Assembly (NCBI GenBank): GCA_037447605.1
Contig: CM074811.1
Coordinates: 2,852,001-2,916,000, forward strand
Direction of reading: 5' to 3'
Length of the DNA stretch: 64,000 nt
Origin: Zygnema circumcarinatum SAG 698-1b
Lineage: Eukaryota; Plantae; Zygnematophyceae
Shown here: one piece after another, positions 25,460 to 39,670 of the stretch
How the letters are laid out: every line of letters begins with the position of its first letter
Numbering within the stretch: position 1 is the first letter of the stretch
Position numbers and translations under genes: made by a program
Notes under the pieces: model-generated
What the model was told of the DNA's origin: nothing
Seen by the model: only the letters and a program-made list of their open reading frames with translations
Database searches by the model: none

Positions 25460-28400
25460 ATGGAGGGTATAAGAGACAGAAGAGGGCACTTACAACCGTC
25501 AGGTGACATGCATTCGGCGAAGAGAAACCTTTCAAATTTGAATATATTCTCAATATACGCGTTAACGACGCTCGTTTTATGCTTAACTCATGTACCAGCG
25601 ACAGCAGCTGATGTGTCGGCTGAGTCATTTGCGAGTGTAGAAGCTCCTGAAGTCTCGCAAATGCATGAGGAAGAGGAGAGCGGGAGGAGGATCACAGACA
25701 TGTTGAAGCTGGCAGAGTCTTGGGAAGACATTTACGGCTTAAGCGAGGCGGGGGAGTACACATTTGGAGACTTTAATGTGTCCAGCATTGATTCTTTCAA
25801 AGGCGTTCAAGAATCGACTAAAAGTGGTACACATTTGAAGCAGCCTTTGGGGAAATCGTCCTCTCGGAGGCGCCTAATTGCAGACGAAGAGGAGGTTCCG
25901 ATCCACCGATTCGGAGGGCGGAGGTATCGACCGAAGCGTTGGACGGAAAACTTAGATAGGCTGCTCTCGAAGGGAGTGAGAGATAGGAGAGAGCAGGAGA
26001 AGAGAGAGAGAGGCTCCCTGCGGAAAGAATGGCTGCAAGATGAGCTCCGCCGCGACAGAATGATACAGACGTACCTGGACTACTTCAAGCACATCCCAGG
26101 AGTTCAATACAACAAGACAGGCTTCGGCTACACCAAATGCAGTGGAGGAGCTTGCCCTAATTTTGAGCCCTGCGAAGGAACGGGAACAACCTGCCCCTGG
26201 GACAGCCCCTGCTACGCTCGAAACTTTACGGAAATTCAAGCTTGCCATTTGCCAGACATGGTCGATGTCGACCAGCCCATTCCTAAGCCGCCGGAGAACT
26301 GCCCCTTTTTAGGGTTTGAGGAAGTTCGGGGGGCGAAAGTGGGAATTATTGACCCTAAATGCACGCATCCCATAGACTTTGTTCGGCATGAGCAGCTCAT
26401 GAACCAAGTGTTTGTGCTGCATGATGTCTACATGAACTCTAGGGGCCAAATCTTCAACGCAACGCACAATTTTGATCGGAACGGCTGCGGGAATGAGTTT
26501 CCGGTGAGTATAGCTTCAAGCTGTTTAGCCCGGCGACCTTCTAATTTGCAGAATTTTCTTTAGCTTCCGATCATGGTGGTTGCTTTTTTTTTTTCTGTTC
26601 CTTGTGAGCTGCTCTCTAATTCAAGTCGCTCTCAAGTTCAGCTATGCTGTTGTGTTTGTGTGGACCCGTGTCTGGGAAAGGTTTTTTTTTCAACAAAAAG
26701 TAGAAAAATGCTTTCCAGTTTTTCAAGTTAATGCTTATTGCCCTTAAAAATACTGCAACCTGAGTCAGTTTCCTATTGCATTTCACTTTTACACTATTGA
26801 CTACACTGCTTGAACCGCCATTGCTTTTGAAAACCAGTGTAGTCCTTTACTAGATTGAGGTTTCTGTTCTTGAAAATGAGCTCTACCTTATCAGAAAAAG
26901 TTCCGATCATCGTCTTGCATGGCTCAATGAGTTTTTCGCTCAGGCAGGTCCATTAAATGCTTAAAGAAAAACTTGAAGTATGTATACGACGAGTGTCGGC
27001 GCCTTAAATACTTAAAATTTCTTATCATTTGTCCACCCATACAGTTATATTTCAGAGCTTATTTCAACTTCCTGCTATCTCTACATTGACGAGATAGATA
27101 GTTGCAGTCGAGATTCATTCCTTCTTTTTCTTTTTTCTTTTTTTCTTTTTTTTTTGTTAGATTTCCACTAATGTGGGGCTGGCTATGGGTGCTTTGCAGT
27201 ATGTATATCCCGCGGAAACGACTCGAGTGACGGTTTTTGACGAAGTTGTGAATTTGGCGAACTGGAATGCGTGGGCTTTCTATCACGGAGTGATCGAAAT
27301 GCTCCCAAACTTCTACTTGCTGTCGACCATCCTCAAGTCGATGAAGGGGATTCCGATAACTCATCGTATTGGGCAGGTGAACCGCTAAAGCCCTTCTTGA
27401 CTTTGAGAGTATCAAGTGACTTTAGAGAACAGAGAAAATGACTTTAGCTTTCACCATGCTGTTTTGCCACTGCTATTGCAAAGGCCCCTTACTCAGCTAT
27501 GCTTATTCCCTTTGTGGCTTTGCCATTGGTCAAGGTCGAAATTGCTTTAAAGCGGAAAGGGTTTATTCCCTAATGCAACTTTACTTTACTTGGACTGTGT
27601 GGGTGCATTCAGCCGGTGTTTTTGGAGACTGTGGGGCAGCACATATTGGGCCTCTCCGTGGAGAGCCTAAACTTGCACACTATTCCAAACGATGAGCTTT
27701 TCTTTGCGAAGAAAGTAATTCAGGTACTGCTAACACAAAAAAAAAAATTGAAAGAAAGGAGCCAAGGACGAACCAAATGGTCCCTTTATGTTAATACTTC
27801 AGGATTGACTTCAATGCACAAGAAGACAACCTTTTTTTGGAACATTCAGTTAGCATGATTCCCTAAACCTAATACAAAGGCAACTGCAGGTCTAGCTAGC
27901 AACCAAGTCATTCAAAGTAGTTTTGTCCCGCACACCCCCCTCCCCTCCCCTTTCCTCCTCCCCCCCCCCCTCTTTTCTTTCATCGATCTGTAGTCCTGAC
28001 AGAATGCCGTTACGTAAAGCCCAAAACAGTAAGAATATGAATTATAGAGCGCTTTTATAAGGCTGTCCTTCGAAATGGGCAACAATAAACATAGAGGGAG
28101 TGTGAGATTCTGCTAGAAATGCATTCTCATCAAACGTTTTCAAACACTTTTCGATATGCGTATGGAAACGTGATCCGGAATCTTCAATCATACTCATTGT
28201 TATGCTTTTCTTGCAAAAGAAAGCAACTACATGTGGTGAGACAGGACTCATGCAGTAAATACAGATAACTAAACGCATGTAGGCTCGTCGTTTTTGCTTC
28301 AGACTGAATGGAAACATGTGGGGTCGTTTGAGAGATCGAAGATCGAGCGTCAGTCAGTCTATACCATAAGTTAGCAAATAGAACAAAGTAAAATTCCTTG

Positions 28401-29385
28401 ACCCCCCCCCCCCCACTCTGTGTCTTTCTCTCTCACTCTCTCTCCTTCTCCCTCTCCCTCTCCCTCTCCCTCGCCCTCTCCCTCTCCCTCTCCCTTTCCC
28501 TTTCCCTTTCCTCAGCCGTTATACCAATGGTGTGCGAGACCTAGCCGAAAATTGTGGCTGGAATTCCGCAAAAAATATCTCGTTCCAAGAGATGGCATTC
28601 CTATGTTCAACCCTGATTGGTCGCTCAGGGAGCCGGAGACACCTGCCTCTCCTGGTGATAAAGTGTCAAAGGATTGGCTCGTTGTGCTCGGGAAGAGATA
28701 TCACACAAGGGGGTTGGCTCAGAGTGACGAAGTGGAGGAATACATGAGGAAGCTCTTTCCCACAGAGCGAGTGGTGATTTTCGATGGAAGTCTCTCTATA
28801 GTCCAAGGTAAGAAATGGAGGTTCTTACTTCTTTCATATGTCACGGGTCAAAAGCGGTAAGGGAAAGAGGATTTCGCTCAGTTCGCTGCTTTTTCTGAAG
28901 AGTAAGGGAAGCAAAGTAGAAGGGCAATTGACTGTTTGGGTTTTTTCATGAGGTAGATCTGTCTTGCTGGTATTGGCTGTCTCTAACGGACAGTATGGGC
29001 AGACGAAATCCGGTTGAATGGGCAAAATGTGAATATATGAACGTGCGTTTCTTTTTGTGATTTTGCAGCGAAGGAGATGTTCAACCGAGCGCGTCTCTAT
29101 GTGGCCGTACACGGTGCAGCTATGACCAACATGATCTTTATGCCCTTTAATGGGTTTGTGCTGGAAATGAGACCACGGCTGTACCACAACTCCTGCTATC
29201 ACTACCTGGCGGAGGTCTGCAGTCAGGAGTACTTTCTCACATTTGGGGATGGGAACAAAGACTCGCACACAACTGTCAATCTAACCGAAGTTTTTGACGT
29301 GCTCAAAACGATCGCAAAGAGAATGGATGAGCAACAGGAGGGCTCATCCAACCTTGCGAGACTTGAAAACTGGAGGGAGCAATGA
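25460..29385 (+). CDS. Glycosyltransferase family 61-like (DUF563) protein with hydrophobic N-terminal anchor and Cys-rich stem
   Basis: Exons: about 25460-26503, about 27160/27200-27377, 27612-27723, 28516-28807, 29069-29385. N-terminal hydrophobic segment IFSIYALTTLVLCLTHV, FYHGVIEMLP, and the C-terminal GT61 signature MFNRARLYVAVHGAAMTNMIFMP...VLEMRP. The start codon is uncertain (25460 or 25508). Confidence 0.8.
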
Positions 29386-31536
29386 GTCAAAGGGTCATCT
29401 CATTGTAGAAAGCATTTTCGACCTTAATTGAGGGCTCCTCTCAAGGATTGGAGCATGGATGTGAGAGTGAGAGGGGGGAGGAAACTGCATGAGAAAAAAA
29501 CTTGACTTTCGGGTGGCACAGTGAAGTTTACGGTAGTTTTTGAACAGCATGCAGAAGGGTGCGTGCAGTTCTTTATTTTTATTTTTTTTGTATTGAGTTC
29601 ATTGGTTTCACATTCGCTTTCTTGATAGGTTAAGGGAGTGAGGCTGTGAATTTCCGTAAGCTTCCAGTAGGTTCAGTAGGTAGGACCACAGGTAGACCTT
29701 CTGCATTGCCAGGGCAAACGTGCGACACTCTTGTGAATTGTAATAGATGTAAAATCAACCATGAAAGAAATTGTTGACGCCATTCACGAGAGCGAAGTTT
29801 TCGGGGTCTGATGAAAATTTGGGATTTTTTTAGGACTTTTGGCTTGACGAGTCATCATCGCTAAATCAATTGGAAGCTCCCTGACCCCATTTCCTTGGGG
29901 AGAGGCTGAGGGATATATGATGACGAGGAGGTCGAGAGGAGGATACGAATGTTGGGAGAGGAAAAAGGAGAAAGGGAAGGTAGAATGAGGATGAGGGAGA
30001 GCGGGTTGAGAGTAGCGAGGTGAGAGCGAAAGGGGAGGGAGGAAAGAGACAAAAAAAAGGTATCAGAAGTCAATTGGGAAGACGCAATGTTAGTGTGAAT
30101 GGAGGGTTGACAGAGGGAGTGTTGGAGAGTTGGGGGGTGGGAGAGGGAAAGAGTGATGGAGTGATAACACAAGGGAGAGGGGCAGGGAGAGGAAAGGCGA
30201 GAGAGGTGGGACAGAGAGGGGAATGGAGAGAGGAACGAGAGGAGAGGACAGAAGGGAAGTAGAAAAGAATAGAATGGAGAGAATGATGAGAATGAGTGGA
30301 AATCGTATGAATAACATGAAGAAATATACTTCTGAAAGTTCCATTTATGTATTGTAGTGAACCGATTGGCATAGAAATAATTTCGACAATGTTCGTCACG
30401 AATTTGCAATATCTCCCAAATCAACGCCTTCAGAATATTCTGCTTTAACTCAAATACCAATTCCGAATGTTACTGACTGCGATTGGCATCGGACAAAGGT
30501 ACAAACTTTGATCCCATAGAGAACTTCTTTCTCATTTTTCACACTGATGTTCCAAGCAAAGCAATAAAATTCCAGATCCTGTTTTCTCGGTGATGAAACC
30601 AGTCCGGTCGAATGGCTTAACTCAATTAAATTGCAATACGTTCTTTTTTTTTGAACCCCAGAACCACGCACACAGTCGGTATTACTATACCCCTGTCAAC
30701 AAACTAACCTTCATCAAAGAAAGAGACAAAAAAAACTTTATTCTCATCACAATCAACGAAATGGACAGAAAAACTGCAGTTCCGGCAAACCTCCCATGCA
30801 TAAAGATAGGTGGGGGGCAACACAACACAAGAAGTGAAACAGAAAGCAATGCATTCCTTCCCAATAAAGGACAGCTGCAGTAAGGGCTGCCTCACCGGGA
30901 GGAGACTCAAATTTTGGCTGTTTCTGCATTGTATTCTAAACATAGAATTGAACAATTTGATAGGTGTGCATCCTCTATGAATAGTCAGGAAATCTGCCTT
31001 CAGCAAAGCTGGAACTGGCCTGCCTCCCTCCCTCCCTCCCGTCCCTCCCTTTTACCCTCCCTTTTGCCCTCCCTCCATCCCCCTCCTGCGCCCTTCCCTT
31101 CCCTTCCCATCCCTGCCTCCCTCTAAGCACTATACAGCATTTCATGGACAAGAAATAATCACAGCCCCCCCCTTAACTGCTAAATCCTAATCACCTACTT
31201 CCCCCCAGCCTCTATTATGTTGCGGCCTCTTCCAGGCAATTTCACAAAGTAACAATCAGAGGAGGTCATACCCTAAATGACTTCCGCATTTTTCCCCTCC
31301 ACAGACTCCTGCTTTCCCACTACTCTTATCTTCCTTCGAAGCGTAACCCATGTCCCCGTTGTCGTGCATCCCAACGATTCACCCAAATGATTCTACAACT
31401 GTACACATCAATTTTTTCTTCACATGGCAACAGAGAATTTGGCGGCAGCACCTGTCGAGCATGCTGCAGAGGGATTGATCGCGGGACCTTACCATATTCT
31501 CTGTTCTTTACAGTGTATGTCACATAATCCGGAGAG

Positions 31537-34500
31537 TTAATAGAATTCCGGGCGCTTAAGGGGAAGCCAATCGACCCACTCCGCTGGAGTTCGAGAATGT
31601 ACTTTGAGGCTGCGATAAGTCTTGTAGTTTGGAGGAAGGTCATTGCAATCGAGCTCCTTTGGTTCCTGAAACAATCCATCCAAGATCAAGACTTTGGATG
31701 AGCCACTTATTGCCTGCTGCAAGTATTTCGAAGACCAACCCTAATCGTACAACGAAATAGGACGTTGCTCTGGTAGTAATCAAAACTTTTACTTCCACAA
31801 GGATGCTGGGAGAAGAGAACTCCTCCAGTCGAAGGCTTACATTGAAATAAGTTTAAGGACTAAGATGTAGGACCTACATTCCACGAGGAGTGCTCCATGC
31901 ATGTTGACGATGATTGGTGAAGTTGATTACTACGAGTCAACTCTAGACACATGAAATTTGATAGTGTGAATTCTAATCTGATCAGTTCTTATTGAAGTGC
32001 ATATTTGGCCTTCACAGAGTGCATAGACTTTGCTCTAAAGTGAAGAAGAATCAGTGGGATATGAGCCTCACTCGCGGCTTCTTCATAAGCTTCATCCCAA
32101 CATCTGTAGGGCTCTTGTCGCCCTTCTTCAGGTTGCAGGGCGAGCAGGCAGTCACCTGCCCTTTCCAAAGATACATTAGGCCACATTTTAAAGCAGTTCC
32201 TTCAACGAAAAGAAGAAGTTTCAAGACAAAAGAAGTTTCAAACCAATCGCTCAATTCTTCAAAACGCATGCGTCAGACTTTCAGTAAACATATTGACAGG
32301 TGTAGCTGAAGCTGCCAAAGCTATATGTTACCATGAGGGAAGTAATGAGAGGAACACGTGGAAAAGTACACACATGCGTTTCTGATATGCATATGCACTT
32401 TCTCCTTTCAATCTATTCGAGCATGAAAACAAATAGCCCATATAAATGCTTCTTTAAATCCATTACCGATGCTACTCTAATTCTAAGCTACACGGCATGA
32501 AGCCCAAATATGCAGTGGCTGTTCTGGCGAAAAGGAAGCTGCCTCCCACTTGCTTTATAACCACTTCCAACATTTGCACTTCTCAAGTAAGGAAAGCAAT
32601 GATTGCTAAAAGCAGTGAAATTAATGTCCTTTATGCTCACCAGATTCTCCCACGAGGACCCTCCCCCTCGTGAAATAGGCTTCACGTGGTCAATTGTCAA
32701 CTCATTTTTGCTGCCACAGTACCTACGAGAACAGCAAAACAAAAACCATTCTATGGTGGTTAGGAAGCAATGGAGTCCAGGGCGAATTTAAAGGTCCGAG
32801 GAGGAAGACGAGTGAAGAAAGGAGAAGGGCTTAGCCAATGATCGAGAGTCTGCCAACTTCTTCAAGAATCAAGAGTAAACAGAAGCTCTCTCCCTCTCCC
32901 TCAAGCATAGCAAAGCTCTGAATGGAAGCAATCGGTCAAAGCCATGATCAAAGCAAGCTCGTCCTTTGAACACTATCCACTAAGCTTATCCCAAGCTTGA
33001 CGTATCCTCATTTGAGAATAGAAGAAGAGAGAATAAAGGACACAAGGAAGGCCTCGTCCTTTGAAAAAAGCAATAAAATCCCTAATAAGGTCCATTTGCT
33101 GGATCCGAGCATGCCTCTTTCATTCAGTAAGACCGACCCATTAACCATGAAATAATTTATGATCGGTTTTGCTCACTTCAAGGGTAAAGATCCTGGTCAG
33201 ATGCTGAGATCTTCAGGTATTCCGCAAACCATTTGCCCCAAAGAACCATTTGAGGAAGAGTTCCGGTCACCTTTCCCCAAGACTCACTCTGTATGTAAAA
33301 TTCTTCGACTACATTTTGTATACCATTACCATACGACAAGAGACAAGCTCACTCCTAGAACTGAAAGGCCACAAATCTTACTGGCATTGGAACTTATCAC
33401 GAAGGAAAATGTTGTTGCGGCTGAGACTCAGCTTCCTTCGCTTTTCCTTCGGGCTGTGAATGAAACCGCTCACCTGCATAGCAGGCAAAGCAGGCGGATA
33501 AAGTACACCAAAAATTCCTCATTGCAATAGCAGAGACTTTCCTAGCGCACACTATACTTCCCTTCTCTAACTTTTGTGTTCACAACAATTCAATTAACCA
33601 CAGTCATAGAAGTTGATCATCACAATGTTTGCTGAGGGGTATCAAACAGGGAAGGCGACGATAGAAGTTAAAAACGACCAAGAAGTGTCTACAGAATGTA
33701 AGTGGGCAACAAGGGAAGGGAAGGAAAGACCGGCTGAATCGGCTAAAATGCACTGAATCAAGGTGTATTGCTTAAGCAATACACCATTGCTTTTGATAAG
33801 TTCCCACTACTCCGCTCTTCTACCGAGCTTAGCCATATGACAGAAGCTCACTCTCAGCACAGCAGGGATGGGCCACACTTTTGTCGGAGACTTCACAACT
33901 TGGTCATAATATTGGAGCACATCGGCCTGCATAAAACGACATTTAGCTCCTTGAGAGCCAAGAAAGTAGAGGCCTTCGAAAATAACGAATTGCGCAGGAT
34001 TTCATGACAAGCCTGCCGCACTTTAAACACTGGTTGGCAAACACTATGCACATGTTCTAACATGTTCAGAGCTGTTGAGCAGATGAAGATTACAAACCTT
34101 TTCTAAGATTTGCAAGACCAAAGCCCTTTTCCAGCAGACGACGTTGATGGGCCTGCATGATAAAAAAATAAAGAATTAAGCCATTGGCAGATAGAGAACA
34201 TTACAAAACAAACACACGACTGGTTCAATTGAATTGAAGAATGCTGGTCTCACAATTCGCTCTCACATGTACAGATTGCATATCAGACATCACCAAGACG
34301 GCTTTTGGTCGAGATCAGCCTGCGAGCAACCAGTCTTATTCAAACAAAATCAAGCACAGGAGCTACAATTAATGAGTAAAGGCAGTAGCGTAGATTTAAT
34401 GGAAAGGGAGAGCTTCAGCCAGAATTTTTTCTCGCTGCAGCAAATACTCATTGGCACAGTGGACACAATGCTGTTCAGCATACATGTTCAACCATTTTGA

Positions 34501-34938
34501 TAATTCAGTGCCTCAAAAACGGAAGGACCACATATGGGAGGCGGGAGATCTTCATATCCACCTGTATGCAGTATCCAGCACGAGTCCGCGGTAAACTTCC
34601 AATTCATCAACACAAGTTTCACCAGCAGAAGTGGCAACAGAGGAAGGCCCTAGCGTTCCACTGCTCCCACTCGCATCGCTGCTGCCTGCAAATGGAGCAG
34701 ATCCAAGACCAGACAGCGGAGGCGATTGCGCAGATGCACCAGCGTCTCGGTGGCCAGTTGGCAGCCTCGGACGTCCGGCAACAACCTTGAGACCTCCATT
34801 GTTTGATGGAGGAAACGGAGCTTTCAGCTTAAAGGAATACAGGTCTTCGGCTGCAAGACGCAGCAGGGCGTAAAGATTCAGCTGGCTTTCAGAATAAAGT
34901 CGCTGTGAGTACAAAGGGAAGCATAGGTATTGCTTCAT
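31537..34938 (-). CDS. HNH endonuclease family protein (plant McrA/HNH-type); 5' end unresolved
   Basis: Exons: 34562-(>=34938), 34098-34152, 33852-33926, 33382-33473, 32641-32722, 32072-32155, 31537-31665. They join to [38 protein letters not shown]...IPAVLRV...[54 protein letters not shown]...PREPKE, an intact C-x2-C / HNH motif resembling the conserved plant HNH protein. Confidence 0.9.
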
Positions 34939-35893
34939 TGTGGATTCAATTCGTTAGCACTTTCGAAGGAAATTTCATCTCCAACGCAGCAGTATTAAGC
35001 CAAAGGAGAACCGCCAGAAGCTTATTCAATGATTCTGGCATTGCATAAACGTAGTGAGGAACCTGGAAAGCGATGCCCTCCACCAAACAAGCAAAAAAGA
35101 TTGGAAGCCCGTCCTACCTTGAAAGGAGGCAGAAGACTTTCCGAAATTACTCAGCAAATTGTTCTGAATGGTGGCCAAGAGAATGGAGGAGCCATAGGCT
35201 GCAGTTGAACAACAGACTAAAGCAGGAACCATCTTTCTGACTTCGTTTGCTTTCTGTGCAGAGAATCAAAGACGTTTTCCGGCCAGCGAAAACTTTCCAA
35301 TAGATGAGGGGACAATGTCTTAAGCGGGCGAATACCAAGAGGCTCTTCACTACAAATGAAAAAGTTTATTTACTGTACATATCCAGAAATGGAAACCGGA
35401 AGATTTTTACAACTCTTGGACGACCTCGAACCTGTACATAAAACTGCGCTTTAACTTTACATGCTCCTGCTGCGGATCACATTTCCTTACAAGTTGACAA
35501 ATGTGCTTCGGATTGGGTCCCCATTTGCAAGCACAACGCTGTGGAATGTAAAATGATTGAACAGTGTCATTCGACAGTTTGTATAGTTTTCTTTTTTTCC
35601 TTCCTTTGCTCTCCCTCCCTCCCTCGTCTATCCCCCTATCTCTCCCCCTCTCCCTCTCCCTCTCCCTTTCCCTCTTCCTCTCGCTCCCTCTCTCACTCTC
35701 CCTCTCCCTCTCCCTCTCCCTCTCCCTCTCCCTCTCTCTCCCTCTCGCTTCCTCTCACTCTCTCACCCCTCCCACGTGCCTGCCTTGATCAACCTCCAGA
35801 TCCTGCATCCATGGCTGCCCTGGTCCAGGGCCGACCTATGTGCCACAGTTGCACTGGCAGTAAAACTTTCCCGCCGCATGGAGCTCAATGTTG

Positions 35894-35930
35894 GGCCGTA
35901 CATTTACGTACGGAATAAATATGTACGGCC
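35894..35930. repeat. 10-bp-arm inverted repeat GGCCGTACAT...ATGTACGGCC upstream of the HNH gene
   Basis: Directly visible, with a third CGTACGG inside the loop. Confidence 0.85.
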
Positions 35931-36737
35931 TGATGGGCCGATTCCGTTAAGAAATTTTGAAACCCACGTTGCCCAAAAATGAAAATATATTTCTCCTCGA
36001 AAGGATGCCCGAGTCCAAACGTGAGGGCGGGCCACCGTCTTTAAGGGCCAAAAAGGTAGAATTAAATCTGCCCGAAAAACTCCCGGAAGCAAAAAACAAA
36101 ATCAAATTTAGCTCTGACAGAGTGCCACGTCGACGAGGGCGAGATTCAACTTCAGAGAATATTCTTCCGTTTCCTTGTACGGTACACATTTAAAATGAGT
36201 ACCTTAACCACGCAGTAAACATTGGGATTAGCTTCTGCAAAGTACGGAATCTTTGTTGACGCTCTGTGCGAAGCCCGGACCGGGCGGCCCGGCAGGTCCG
36301 GCACCTTTCAACGATTCCTCGCATGTGTCACCAGACGTGCCCATTTGCTGAAAACGTTCCAGCATGGTACATACGTATCAGCAAGCGCCACGTGTCATTC
36401 ACTTTGACACGCGGCATGCGTGGGACCAGCGCAGGCCGCGCAGCCAATCAGAAAGGTTTCTTAAACACGACCGTAAAAACGGGTGTTCCATGTTGCAACG
36501 CCGTTATGTTCCAGTTATGACGGCCGTGCAACAGCTCGTTAGGCCGTTCCGACAGCTGAAAACTGTTCTATGCATGTTCCTTATTCCGCACAGCGCTGTT
36601 CCAGTTCCAGTAAGACGATTCACACGCTTTTCACATAGAACACCCCATGAACAATGTTCTAGAACCACATGAAACCAACCATGAAAGGGTAAACTTGGAC
36701 CCACAACAACTTGTCTCTCCCCCTCTCTCTCTCTCTC

Positions 36738-39670
36738 TCATCTACTTGTCCTCATAGCCGAGAGCTCCTCCGGATACTTGAGACCCGGGAAGCGGACCTT
36801 GGGCGACCTCTGCGCCGCTCTAGCAATGTCGCTGATCTCCTTCCCTCTCGCCCACCACACGAGCTCATCGCGCAGCTTCACTATGGTGGTGCACGTGTTG
36901 GCCTTGAGGTGGATCAGGCCCTGAAAGTGGTTCATCTTCGCGATCGTTGTGTCGAGATCATGCCCAAAGGAGTCGTTCAGAACGGGGATGTGGATCTGCA
37001 GGGCCGTTATCTTCCTCGGATCAATGGCATACTTTCGGTGCCCGTGGTAGTCCAGGCAAGCCTCCGCCCTGCATCTCAATAAAGCATATACATGTAATCA
37101 AATATAAAACAAAACCAGGTCAAGACATAACCCTAATCTGCAAATCCAAGAATTGACAGTATAGACTACGGAACAAGTGCATGCTCTAAACAGACTAAAA
37201 ACAAGCAATGAATAAGCTAAGTATAAGTGAAATTCTGACCTTGGATAGACCTCCGGTTTCGTGCAGTATATGTGGGGCCAATGGTAAAGCATTCTCTGAA
37301 CTGCCCAATCCCCTCTTGCTTCTGTTTCCAGCACGCATCTCTCCACATCCCACCAGAGGGTCCCAAAGGTAAGGAAAGCTGCTCCGTTATAGGAATCCAA
37401 AACTAAAGGAATAAGCTTTTCTTTCTTTGAGTGATCTCTCAGTTGCTGTCGATAAGCTTTCAGCACTTCCATCTGTTCCTTTTGCTCCTTCATTCTCTCT
37501 TCAAGCTGCTTCCGCAGCTCTTTCGCACTTAACTTCTTTTCCCAAACACTCGTCGTCTTCTTCTTCTTCCGCAACTTCAAGTATTGCCTTTCTTGCCTTT
37601 CTTGAATCGCAACTGCCTTCTTCTCCTCAGTCTCCGAAATTTCCCTCTGCTGTTTCTCCTCCAACGAAAACTTCTTCTGGTGGGGCAGGGGCTCATATGG
37701 CCCTCCTTCTCCTTCCCCATCTTCCAGTCTCCCAACTTTACCGCTTATCTTTTCTAAAAGCTTTTTCTTCTCCTGACGGCCCTGAAGAAGAGCATCCTTA
37801 TGCTGCCGTCTTTGCAGTTTTTCTAGCTGTTTATTCCAATGCTGAGCTGCCAAAACCTCCTGCTGCTTAGCTTCGAACTGCGCTTGCTTTATTTCAGGAG
37901 GAGGGGGATCATCTGCATTGAAATATTCGTCTAAATCAAAAAATATGGTCCATTTTGAGAGGTAACGGGTGCTGTATGCGCAGTCATTGATGATCATGAC
38001 CTGCCCATAAAGCCATGACTCATACTCGAGGGTCTCCCCCAGTTCCCGCACTTCCAAAATTTGGGTTTCGTATGGAAGAAGAGTCTGGCAATGGCAAGAA
38101 AAGAAACAGGTCAGAAAGGAGATAGATAGTCAAATTGACGGTTCCCAGGTTGGTGAAGTCTTAACCAGCATGCTTTTTAGCCCCTCTGGGTATCAAATTT
38201 CACCTCAGAAAGGCACTTCACTATTGTAGGCATAAAAAACTTTAATTCACTACTCACTTGCAGTACAGCGTCCGTTATTCCTCCTGCATCGTATAAGATG
38301 AAAAGGTCGATTCCGAGGAAGTGATGGTACTCGATCCATTCATAGATTCGCTTTGCATCAATGGCTGAGTGAACCGATGGTGAGCAAAAAGTGACATGAT
38401 ATTTATAGGGAGCCTGAGGCTCGAGCGAGGAGGGAAATGCGTCCGGTTCTTCCTCATAAACCAAAATGGTCTTATCGTCAATATCCATGTAGAGCTTCCC
38501 ACCCTTATTTCCGCTGGTTGCATGCCTTAGTTTACATTTCAGAATGATGGCTTCATATTGCAGATTATGATGTTCACCTGGGAAGTGGGCTGCATGAGAA
38601 GGATGGGAGGGGGGAAGCCAAACCCTTTGTCAATGCTGATTCTCAATTCTCTCGACTTCACAGCTGCATACGAAGATACAACAATAAGGAACTAATAAGT
38701 TGAACTCTACAAGTTCAAAGGTTTCCGCCTTACGAGACTCTTCCTTCCTCCCTCCTAAAGCAGTATTTTTAAAGGCTTCAAACAGAGTTTCACGGAGAAT
38801 TAGAGAGCTTGTGCTTTCCAAAATTCCACCTCAGCCTTAAAACCTTAAGTTTGTTTATCTAACCCAGGCTTTTGGTGACATCCCAAGAGAGGAAGTACCT
38901 CGGACTCACGTTTTAGCCGCCCATGAATGGGGCGATCCCAGCTGCTGCCTCCCATGTCTTTCCAAGAGCATCCGCGGAACTTGGTTCGGCCGCGCTTCTC
39001 TAAAGGAGACAGCCCAATAGCTACAAATTCTCCCCCCCCAATTCGGTAACTGCTGAATTTTACAAATGAGCGAAGTGAAGCCTGCACATAAATGCAAAGG
39101 TGATTTGGTGTTCAGGGCGTTCACTCTCTCTCTCTCCCCCTCTCTTTCTCTCTCCCGCCCCCCTGCGCCTCGGTCTATTTCTCCCTCTATTCCAAGCATG
39201 CGATAACTACTCTCGCTTTGAAAAATATCTGAACCCCTTTCAGAGTGCTCGCCTTTCGTCCCGAACTCTCCTCCAATACACTAGTTCCATGACCTAAAGT
39301 ACTCACATTGGCCACCAATTCTCACGTCAACACTCCCCTACACATCTTGCACGGGAAACGGTACCCACTCTGACGTAACACCAGCCCAAAAAGACAAACT
39401 TAACACAATCAGAGACTTAAAAAAAACGCAAACCCGGATATTAATAAAGCAAAAAAGACCCACCTCATGCTGCGCGTTCAGATATCGCCACCGAAAAACG
39501 AGGAAAAGAAGCCCTAAAGGGAGGAGAGGCCACCCTATTCGCACCAGCTTCGCATTGAAATGGGTTCTCTTCAGCCTCCTGCGAAGAGTGGAAGGCGCAA
39601 GGCTCGTGTCATCCGCACGGGCTGCAGAGGCGCTGCTTGCCCTGTACGCAATCCCCTTGCTGGGCATCAT
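36738..39670 (-). CDS. Glycosyltransferase family 92 / DUF23 (galactan beta-1,4-galactosyltransferase GALS-like), type II membrane protein with ~170-aa charged insertion
   Basis: Exons: 39464-39670, 38910-39081, 38258-38589, 37240-38084, 36738-37068. A transmembrane segment WPLLPLGLLFLVFRW is followed by GALS-like blocks FSSYRIGGGEFVAIGLS, FCSPSVHSAIDAKRIYEWIEYH, FILYDAGG, GQVMIINDC, WTIFFDLDEYF, RKYAIDP and HFQG. Confidence 0.85.

Noticed and set aside
29861-30460. 199-aa minus-strand ORF
   Set aside because: It is a low-complexity translation of a GA-rich intergenic tract between convergent genes, with no recognisable domain.
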